DNA of 64,000 nt. Origin: Candidatus Avelusimicrobium gallicola (lineage in GTDB: Bacteria; Elusimicrobiota; Elusimicrobia; Elusimicrobiales; Elusimicrobiaceae). The stretch covers positions 97,672 through 161,671 of the forward strand of contig SUVG01000003.1 of assembly GCA_015062115.1 (NCBI GenBank), read 5' to 3'. Numbering within the stretch: the first letter of the stretch is position 1; every line of letters begins with the position of its first letter. This document shows, one piece after another, positions 43,554-50,656 of the stretch. The notes under the pieces were generated by a model, which worked only from the letters and a program-made list of their open reading frames with translations, was not told the DNA's origin and did not search any database. Position numbers and translations under genes: made by a program.

Positions 43554-44378
43554 TTATAAATAACACACAATGTTAAATACTACCACTGCCGCCAAATACA
43601 AGTACATGTTCGGCAAGCGTAGTTTGCGCGTAATAAAACTGATAACGACAAAGAATAATACAATCGTAGCACGGGTAAAGAAGTGAACATCTATTAAAGA
43701 CGAAAAATCTTTTACATAGTGATAGGCTCCCAATAAAAGCATACCGCTTGCAAGCACCAAGCCCGTGCGCTTGGCATAATAAATGGTTTTGTTCCAGTCA
43801 AAGCAAGTCAGCCCGTAGCAGGTGCTCTCGTCCGAGCGGAAACTGAGCGAAAGCCCGCGCCATTTAACAAAAAGAGCAATTGTGTTGAACGATAAAAAAG
43901 CCGCGAGGCCGGCAATCAGTACGCACCAGGGGGAAGGGGCGGATAAATCGTCAATTTCAAAAAAGTTAATTCCGCAGGCCAGTAAAATAAATAAAGCCAG
44001 TAACAGCGTCAGCGGTTTTAAGGTTCCCCAAAAAAGCCTGTCCCCGATAGAGGCCGTAGTAATGGAAAGACCGCGTTTGATGCCGGCCCACGAGGTTACT
44101 TTTTCCTTAAAATCGGTAAGAGATTTGGCGTGTGCCACTTCCGTTTCCTGCTGGGCAAGCGCACCAAAGCAGAAGGAAGCCATTACCGGTTGCGTGTTGA
44201 AATTTTCCAAATAGCGGTTCAAAACGGAGGGGAGTGCTTCCCGGTCGTCTTTATAAAGTTGTTTCAAAAACGGCAACATAACAAATACCAAGCCGATGTT
44301 TTGGTATTTCATGTAGTTCCACCCGGTCTGTAAAAAGAAGGAGCGGAGAAACATATTTAACTGTAGCGTAAATTTCAT
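43554..44378 (-). CDS. PTS mannose/fructose/sorbose-family EIID component
   Basis: Shows FLRSFFLQTGWNYMKYQNIGLVFVMLP, typical of EIID-Man, and is polytopic. Confidence 0.8.
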   Translation of the reverse strand: MKFTLQLNMFLRSFFLQTGWNYMKYQNIGLVFVMLPFLKQLYKDDREALPSVLNRYLENFNTQPVMASFCFGALAQQETEVAHAKSLTDFKEKVTSWAGIKRGLSITTASIGDRLFWGTLKPLTLLLALFILLACGINFFEIDDLSAPSPWCVLIAGLAAFLSFNTIALFVKWRGLSLSFRSDESTCYGLTCFDWNKTIYYAKRTGLVLASGMLLLGAYHYVKDFSSLIDVHFFTRATIVLFFVVISFITRKLRLPNMYLYLAAVVVFNIVCYL

Positions 44379-44384
44379 AAGCCG

Positions 44385-44990
44385 TTATTTGAATTTCAGT
44401 CCAAAAGTGGGTACCAAGGTGGCCAGTCCGATCCAAGGTACAGCCATGTAGGCAAACCTACAGGCGAAATGTGCTTTAAGCGGAATAAGCGGCATTAAAA
44501 ATACCATAAACTTTCCGCAGACAAGCACAAAAAGAAAAATCAAAATAAAGTTGATTAAAAACGACGAACCGAGTGAAAAACCCACCGTACGATTGATAGC
44601 GTTTGGATTTTGCAAGATTTGCTGTTCCCAATACACAAGCCACTTAAAACGTTTTTTGCGCATAAATTTTTCGGCGACGGAAAATAAAATGGCCATCAGC
44701 ACCCCGAAGAAAAACGCAAAATAAAGTTCCACCCCCATGGCTTTTAGAGCCAGGGTAACCGCACAACACACCACCGCGCTGGGAGGCAAAATCCCGCCCA
44801 AGGGGTTCACATCGGAAAAAATAAGTTCCGTAAAAATTCCTACCTGAAGCCCGGCCAGCAAGTCTCCGGTCAAGAGCCCCAAAAGCGGGCCTGCAATAAT
44901 ACCGCGCGAGAAGGTTAACTGGAAAGCGTAAGTGGTATCCAATTCCAGTAAAGCGGCCACGGCAACCAGGGTAAAAATTTCCGGGGTCAT
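44385..44990 (-). CDS. PTS mannose/fructose/sorbose-family EIIC component (short, 201 aa)
   Basis: It is polytopic, sits between EIIB and EIID, and shows ALLELDTTYAFQLTFSRGIIAGPLLG. Confidence 0.7.
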   Translation of the reverse strand: MTPEIFTLVAVAALLELDTTYAFQLTFSRGIIAGPLLGLLTGDLLAGLQVGIFTELIFSDVNPLGGILPPSAVVCCAVTLALKAMGVELYFAFFFGVLMAILFSVAEKFMRKKRFKWLVYWEQQILQNPNAINRTVGFSLGSSFLINFILIFLFVLVCGKFMVFLMPLIPLKAHFACRFAYMAVPWIGLATLVPTFGLKFK

Positions 44991-45454
44991 AAAAGGGCCT
45001 CGCTGATAGAAATGGAAGTGGAATTTGGCACGGCGCGTGTTTCAACTGCAATGCCTAAATCGCGGATAATTTTTAGCAGGCGTTTGTCTTCGTCGTCCAA
45101 GAACACATTGTCTGCCAATTTTTGGGCCCCTTCCTTAAAGTGCATTCCGCCGATGTTAAGTGATTTGATTTGCAAACCGTTTGCAATCATTTCTTTGGCT
45201 TCCTGCAAATCGGCCATTAAAAGGAAAATTCTTTTTTTGGAAGAGGCAATGTAGCGCGCGGCGGATACAAAATCTAAGATAGACAAATCATATTCGTACG
45301 GAAGGCTTAAGCGCAAAAGACCGCGATTCAAGCACGTTTCCTTCCCCTTGTGGCAAGGAATCAGCACTTCGTCAACGGTTAATTCCGGTAGCCAAGCCTG
45401 TACGATTTGGCCGTGGATTAAGCGGTCGTCTACCCGCGCGAAAATAATAGGCAT
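44987..45454 (-). CDS. PTS mannose/sorbose-type EIIB component
   Basis: Shows IIFARVDDRLIHGQIVQAW (His phosphorylation site). Confidence 0.88.
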   Translation of the reverse strand: MPIIFARVDDRLIHGQIVQAWLPELTVDEVLIPCHKGKETCLNRGLLRLSLPYEYDLSILDFVSAARYIASSKKRIFLLMADLQEAKEMIANGLQIKSLNIGGMHFKEGAQKLADNVFLDDEDKRLLKIIRDLGIAVETRAVPNSTSISISEALL

Positions 45455-45861
45455 TAAAATCCTTTGATTAAAAGTTCCGTTGCATTGATAACGGCGCGTT
45501 TGCCGTCTGCTTCGATTTTTTCCGCCAGTTCCTTGGCCGAAAGTTTTTTGCGGCTGTTAATAGCCGTTAAGAGCATGCTTAAATTCAACCCCGTGATAAC
45601 ATGGCAGTTGGAAAAATCTTTGCTGGCCGTAAGCGAAATATTGGTGGCGCTTCCGCCGAAGATATCCGTTAAAATAAGGGCGCCGTCTTCACAGGCAACT
45701 AATGTTTCTTTTAAGCGCGCCGCTTCTTTTTCGACAGAAGAAGCCGCCGTTACGGTAAAAGTGGCAAATCCTTCTTCGGAAGGCTTGCCGATGATTTGTC
45801 CGGCCGTTTCCAACATTTGTTGGGCTAAATTTCCATGCGTAACCAAAATAATTTTTACCAT
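45454..45861 (-). CDS. PTS mannose-type EIIA component
   Basis: Shows MVKIILVTHGNLAQQMLETAGQIIG (His10 context). Confidence 0.85.
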   Translation of the reverse strand: MVKIILVTHGNLAQQMLETAGQIIGKPSEEGFATFTVTAASSVEKEAARLKETLVACEDGALILTDIFGGSATNISLTASKDFSNCHVITGLNLSMLLTAINSRKKLSAKELAEKIEADGKRAVINATELLIKGF

Positions 45862-45863
45862 AA

Positions 45864-46721
45864 TTAAATTCCTATATCCCTGTGAAATTCCGAGGCGCTT
45901 AACCCCTGTTTATTTAAGTATTCCGCCAGTGCATGGGCCATAAACACACTGCGGTGATGCCCGCCCGTGCAACCCATGGCAATCGTCAAATAACTTTTCC
46001 CTTCTTTGATGTATTGAGGAATCAGGTATTTGATGAAATCGGCGAATTTTCCGGCAAATTCATGCGATTGCTTGAAGGACATGATGTAATCTTGCACTTC
46101 TTTTTCCAGCCCTGTTTTTTCTTTTAATTCTGCAATGTAATACGGGTTGGGCAAAAAGCGGACATCCATTACGATGTCGCAATCTTTGGGAATCCCGTGC
46201 TTGAACCCGAAAGACATTACGGAAATCTGCATATCTCCGGCGCGCGCAATACCTAACAAACCGGATAATTTTTCTTTTAGTTCTCCCAATTTAAGAGAAG
46301 AAGTATCAATTACTTTATCGGCAATTGATTTAATGGGAATCAACAATTCCCGCTCGTGCGCGATAGCGGCCGCTAATTTCTTTTGAATCGGGTGACGATG
46401 TTTGGTTTCGGAAAAGCGGCGAATCAGGCACTCTTCGGAGGCGTCCAAAAATACTACTTTTACCGTAAAATCGTCCTTCACCAAAGCATCTAACAACTTG
46501 GGCACTTCGCGCAATCTGTCGCCTTCGCGCACATCTACGCCCAGTGCAACATTTTGCATGGTGTCGGTGGTTTTTACATAATCGATAAAATTGCCGAAAA
46601 GAGCCAAGGGCAAATTATCCACACAGTTAAAACCCAAGTCGCCGAACATTTTAAGTGCTTGGGATTTTCCTGCCCCGCTCATACCGGTGATAATAAAAAC
46701 TCTTCTTTTATTGTTTTCCAT
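45864..46721 (-). CDS. rapZ: RNase adapter protein RapZ (P-loop NTPase YvcJ/YhbJ family)
   Basis: Shows [31 protein letters not shown] and the C-terminal [10 protein letters not shown]. Confidence 0.92.
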   Translation of the reverse strand: MENNKRRVFIITGMSGAGKSQALKMFGDLGFNCVDNLPLALFGNFIDYVKTTDTMQNVALGVDVREGDRLREVPKLLDALVKDDFTVKVVFLDASEECLIRRFSETKHRHPIQKKLAAAIAHERELLIPIKSIADKVIDTSSLKLGELKEKLSGLLGIARAGDMQISVMSFGFKHGIPKDCDIVMDVRFLPNPYYIAELKEKTGLEKEVQDYIMSFKQSHEFAGKFADFIKYLIPQYIKEGKSYLTIAMGCTGGHHRSVFMAHALAEYLNKQGLSASEFHRDIGI

Positions 46722-47688
46722 TTTTATCCCCGGTTCCTTTTTTCATTTTATCCAAAATCTTTTGGCTGAATTCCTTGGCGGAAAAAATACCTTGGCTTTT
46801 TAACTGTTGGTTCAGGGAAGCCACTTCAATAAGTACTGCCAAGTTGCGCCCGGGGGTAACGGGCAACCCCAGCGAAGGAATTTCTACCCCTAAAATGTTA
46901 GTCGTTTTTTGCTCTACTCCCAAGCGGTCTAAGGGTTGTTTGGACGGAGAGGTAAGTACTACTTCCATATCTATTTTGGCTTCGTCAAGCGTAGAGCCTA
47001 CGCCAAACAGAAGCGGTACGTCCAAAATACCTAAACCTCTTACTTCCATGTAATGTCTTAACATGGTAGGGCAGGAGCCGACCAAAAAACGGCCACGGCT
47101 TTTTTGAATTTCCACCACATCGTCGGCCACCAAAATATGGCCGCGTTTGATAAGTTCCAGTGCACATTCGCTTTTGCCGATGCCGGACTCTCCGCGAATC
47201 AGCACCCCGATTCCGCTTACATCTACCATTACCCCGTGCACATGGGTAACGGGCGCCAGTTTTTCGTCTAAAAATCGGGAAAATTCCGCCACGAAAGCGG
47301 CCGATTCCATAGCCGTTTTCAGCACCGGCACATCAGCCCCCAAACAGGCTTTTCTGATCGCGGGTAGCGGGTCTAAATCGGCGGTCATAATAACACAGGG
47401 CACATTTCCTTCGCTTAACATTTTGGAAACATTGGCCCGCAAGCGCGCTTTGTTTTCTTTTTGGCAGAAGGCATGTTCTCCCCGGCCGAAAACCTGCACC
47501 GAATTAGCACGAAAATTATCCAAATGCCCGCCGAGCGCCAGGCCGGGGCGGTTGACACTGCCCAGCGTAATCTCGCGGTGGATATATCTTTTTCCGCAGA
47601 CTAACTCCAGGTTAAGCCTCTTAACCTGGAGTAGTTCTGCTACCGTAATGGATTTGGTAAATTCCATTTCAGCCCCGTCTTGTGTCAT
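46708..47688 (-). CDS. hprK: HPr kinase/phosphorylase
   Basis: Shows [40 protein letters not shown]. Confidence 0.93.
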   Translation of the reverse strand: MTQDGAEMEFTKSITVAELLQVKRLNLELVCGKRYIHREITLGSVNRPGLALGGHLDNFRANSVQVFGRGEHAFCQKENKARLRANVSKMLSEGNVPCVIMTADLDPLPAIRKACLGADVPVLKTAMESAAFVAEFSRFLDEKLAPVTHVHGVMVDVSGIGVLIRGESGIGKSECALELIKRGHILVADDVVEIQKSRGRFLVGSCPTMLRHYMEVRGLGILDVPLLFGVGSTLDEAKIDMEVVLTSPSKQPLDRLGVEQKTTNILGVEIPSLGLPVTPGRNLAVLIEVASLNQQLKSQGIFSAKEFSQKILDKMKKGTGDKNGKQ

Positions 47689-48239
47689 TATTTCTTTTTG
47701 ATGGGTTTAATCAGGCCGTAGGTGCCGTCCAAGCGTTTGAAAATCAAGTTGATTTGCTTGGAATCTTCGTCTAAGAACATCCAGAAGGAATAACCCAGGC
47801 GTTCCATTTCGTAAGCGGCATCTTCCGGATTCATGGGAGATACTTCCACTTGTTTGATGACGGAGAATTTAACATCGTTTTGCTGAATCATAATATGTTC
47901 GGCAAAAGTGCTCAAGTCCGCTTCTTTTACGGATTTTTTGCTTACTTTGCGGGCTTTGGCTTTATTTTTAATTTTCTTGGCTTGCGCTTCGGCTTTTACG
48001 GCAGCGGCGTCAATGGCTTTGTAAAGGTTGCTTTCCACGGCGCTGGCGCTGATGGTGGTTTTGGCACCGGTGTGCAAAATGATTTCCGCTTTTTGGTTGA
48101 TTTTCTTTTCTACCGAAATAAGCACTTGGGCGGAAACAATGTTATCGAAAAAGTTTTCCACTTTGCTTACGCGGGTATTGATATATTCTTTGATAGCCGG
48201 CGTTAATTTGATGTTTTTAGCCGTAATTTTAATATCCAT
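47688..48239 (-). CDS. hpf: Ribosome hibernation promoting factor (long HPF)
   Basis: Shows MDIKITAKNIKLTPAIKEYINTRVSKVENFF plus a C-terminal dimerisation domain (RLGYSFWMFLDEDSKQINLIFKRLDGTYGLI). Confidence 0.9.
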   Translation of the reverse strand: MDIKITAKNIKLTPAIKEYINTRVSKVENFFDNIVSAQVLISVEKKINQKAEIILHTGAKTTISASAVESNLYKAIDAAAVKAEAQAKKIKNKAKARKVSKKSVKEADLSTFAEHIMIQQNDVKFSVIKQVEVSPMNPEDAAYEMERLGYSFWMFLDEDSKQINLIFKRLDGTYGLIKPIKKK

Positions 48240-48283
48240 AAATTCCTCCGTTTAGTGGTTGCGAGAGAGTCCCCCGTAGAGTT

Positions 48284-48312
48284 ATTAAACCATTAAAAAT
48301 GCCGTCTGTCAA
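48284..48312 (-). promoter_or_regulatory. Sigma70-like promoter for the hpf...lepA operon
   Basis: The minus strand reads TTGACA (48307-48312), a 17-nt spacer, then TTTAAT (48284-48289), about 45 nt upstream of the hpf ATG. Confidence 0.5.
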
Positions 48313-48313
48313 T

Positions 48314-48327
48314 CGTTCGCGCGAACG
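48314..48327. promoter_or_regulatory. Perfect 14-bp palindrome abutting the -35 element (candidate operator)
   Basis: CGTTCGCGCGAACG is self-complementary and lies 1 nt upstream of the TTGACA. Confidence 0.3.
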
Positions 48328-48693
48328 CGCGCAAGGGGGAGAAAAAAGCCGCCGTAAAGTTTAGGGCGGAAACAGGCAGGAAAAAGAGAAAGAATTATTT
48401 GATAATGCCTCCAAGACCGTCGAATACTGTTAGTCTAGGCGCTTTTTACGGAAAATCAAGCCCAAAGAAAAAGACTAATTCTAAAATTTTGTTATCATAT
48501 AGTTAGGTTAGGTTTTTCTCTGGGAGAAAAGGTCTTTTAACCTGTAAAGCATGTAAAATTCTTCACGGTTGTATAAGAAGCCTCTTACCTCGTTTTTTGC
48601 TTCCTCGTTTTGCTTCTTTTGCTGGTGACGGCGTTTTTCGGGAAAACGCGCGGTTGGTTTTGTGTGCACAAACCAAAAGAAAAGGAGCCTGAG

Positions 48694-49653
48694 ATGAAAG
48701 TGTTGGATATTTGTTTTGCTGCAGACGATAACTATGCCCCATACATGGGTGTTGCATTGGCTTCGGTGTTATCTTTCAAAAAAGCAGATGAATTTTGCCG
48801 TTTTCATATTTTAGATGACGGCATCGGTGCCGAGAACAAACAGAAGTTGTCTTCTCTGCAAAATTATTACAGTAATTTCAGTGTTTCTTATTATCCTATA
48901 GACAGGGCCACTCTATCCCGCTTTCCCGTAGTCAATACGCATTTAAGCCACACGGCTTATGCCCGTTTATTTATGGGGAGTTTACTGCCAACGAATATAT
49001 CCCGCTTGATTTATTTAGATTGTGATGTTTTTGTGCGTAAATCTCTTTACAATTTGTTTTCGGTTGATTTGGGAAATAATCTGTTGGGCGGGGTGGAAGA
49101 TTTCGGTGTAATGAATCTCGCCCGCCAAAACAAACATTCTTGGCCGTGGCATGAGTATTCCTACATCAACTCGGGGGTGCTGCTTGTGGATTTGGCGCGT
49201 TGGCGCAAAGAAAACGCAGAACAGCAACTGCTTGCTTATTTGCAGAATCCTCCTGCTCCTTTACAGTTTGAGGACCAAGATGCCATCAACTTTGTTTTTC
49301 GTAAGCAAATCAAAATTCTTTCTTGCAAATGGAACGGACAAATGTATTGGCTAACTTATGCTTGGAACAAATATCCGGAAATAAAAAAGTACCGCAACCT
49401 GCTTAACACCTGTTCCGTGGTGCATTATGCCAGCCCTGCTAAACCATGGGTGCGTTATTGCGGTAAACATAAAACTACTTTGGAATATCAAATTTTTATG
49501 GCAAAAACGCCGTGGAAAGATTGTTTCCAAAAAATTTCCACACCTGCCTTATGCAAAAGAATTTTTAAGTATTGGGTTAAACATCCCTTTTTCTTTTTGA
49601 AGCGAAAGTTTTATCAAAATTTTCGCTATGAAGGGGCTTGCCTTTTCCGCTAA
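48694..49653 (+). CDS. Glycosyltransferase family 8 (LPS/LOS alpha-glycosyltransferase-like)
   Basis: The start was reassigned to the ATG at 48694 after AAAGGAG. Shows MKVLDICFAADDNYAPYMGVALASVL, YARLF, and YLDCDVFV (the DxD motif). Confidence 0.8.
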   Translation: MKVLDICFAADDNYAPYMGVALASVLSFKKADEFCRFHILDDGIGAENKQKLSSLQNYYSNFSVSYYPIDRATLSRFPVVNTHLSHTAYARLFMGSLLPTNISRLIYLDCDVFVRKSLYNLFSVDLGNNLLGGVEDFGVMNLARQNKHSWPWHEYSYINSGVLLVDLARWRKENAEQQLLAYLQNPPAPLQFEDQDAINFVFRKQIKILSCKWNGQMYWLTYAWNKYPEIKKYRNLLNTCSVVHYASPAKPWVRYCGKHKTTLEYQIFMAKTPWKDCFQKISTPALCKRIFKYWVKHPFFFLKRKFYQNFRYEGACLFR

Positions 49654-49818
49654 TTCGCAAATTTCCACTTATTAAAAAATAAAAACTCCCCCTTTTCGGG
49701 TTTTTCTTTTCCGATAAAACCATTTTGCCCGGGAAGGTGCTGATATCTTACTTTGTGTTTTCATCGGGAGGCCTGATGACTTTAGCCACTATAGAAAAAT
49801 GTTTGGCCGGTCCCACGC

Positions 49819-49989
49819 GTGACAAAATCAGTGTATGCATGGCAACCGGGTGCTACGCAAAACGAAGAACTGGTAAACGCGGTAAAAAAAGCGGCTGCTC
49901 AGCGCAATTTTGATGTAAACCTTACTGCGCTTGTGCAAGCATTTCCTTTTTTGAAGGAAGATTATAAAGGGAAAACTTTTATCGTCTAA
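49819..49989 (+). CDS. Hypothetical small protein or gene remnant (56 codons from a GTG)
   Basis: The frame reads VTKSVYAWQPGATQNEELVNAVKKAAAQRNFDVNLTALVQAFPFLKEDYKGKTFIV* and is followed by a strong terminator. There is no ATG, no clear SD, and no family I recognise. Confidence 0.2.
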   Translation: MTKSVYAWQPGATQNEELVNAVKKAAAQRNFDVNLTALVQAFPFLKEDYKGKTFIV

Positions 49990-50020
49990 AAAGTGTGAAA
50001 GGTTAAATCTTTTTGGGGAA

Positions 50021-50047
50021 GGGGTTGGCTTGGCCGGCCCCTTTTTT
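50021..50047 (+). terminator. Rho-independent terminator
   Basis: GGGGTTGGC-TTG-GCCGGCCCC followed by TTTTTT. Confidence 0.75.
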
Positions 50048-50183
50048 GTCGATTAAAATAATGAGGAAGATAGCAGTTAGAAAAACAGGAGGCGCAAAAC
50101 GCGGAGGCATAGCGTGATGTTGTACAATGCGAGTTGCGCCTCTTGTGCGTCAGGTTAAACCCTGCGCAAAAATTTTGCGTTTA

Positions 50184-50219
50184 GAAAAAAACAAACACCC
50201 CGCAAAAATGCGGGGTGTT
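50184..50219 (-). terminator. Rho-independent terminator of the 74-aa gene
   Basis: The minus strand reads ACACCCCGC-loop-GCGGGGTGT followed by a T-rich run. Confidence 0.8.
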
Positions 50220-50231
50220 AAATTTTGTTGA

Positions 50232-50456
50232 TTATTTGGCGTTAACCATTTTGGCTCTGGAGATATCACCTTTCTTGTCCAAGAAATAGAGATATCCTTT
50301 TTCTTTTTTAATGCCGCATTTTTCAACTTTTTTCGGTTTGCCGCCTTTTTTGCCGCCTCTGGCCATTTGCACGCGAGCGATGTCGCCGTCTTTGTCAATG
50401 TAGTAGAGGAAGCCGTCTTCGCGGTCCATACCAACTTTAAGTACTTTTTCTGCCAT
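50232..50456 (-). CDS. Small basic protein with two internal repeats of about 25 aa, function unknown (74 aa)
   Basis: It has a GGAGG SD 8 nt upstream. The repeats are EDGFLYYIDKDGDIARVQM and EKGYLYFLDKKGDISRAKM, joined by a GGKKGGKPKK linker. Confidence 0.65.
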   Translation of the reverse strand: MAEKVLKVGMDREDGFLYYIDKDGDIARVQMARGGKKGGKPKKVEKCGIKKEKGYLYFLDKKGDISRAKMVNAK

Positions 50457-50656
50457 TTGGATAATCCTCCTTTTAAGGAAAACGTCTTACCCCAAAAGTC
50501 TAATAAAAAATTCCACACTTTGCAAGCGGTTTTTTCGTCGGGCCTTCCTCGGGTTGTTTTTTGCCCGTACGCGTAAGGGTCTCAAAAAACACCTTTCTCT
50601 ATATATATTGTATAGGGAAATGGTATAATCAAAGTATATCTACCCAAGGGGACATT

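Noticed and set aside
48240-48340. A sigma-54 promoter (TGGCAC-N5-TTGC) upstream of hpf, given the usual rpoN linkage of hpf, hprK and rapZ.
   Set aside because: There is no GG-N10-GC element with that spacing. A good sigma-70-type TTGACA-17-TTTAAT is present instead.
49725-49913. The 62-aa track ORF MPGKVLISYFVFSSGGLMTLATIEKCLAGPTRDKISVCMATGCYAKRRTGKRGKKSGCSAQF.
   Set aside because: It has a TTG-type start in the track, odd composition, and no SD. An alternative frame in the same DNA looks more protein-like. Neither frame is well supported.
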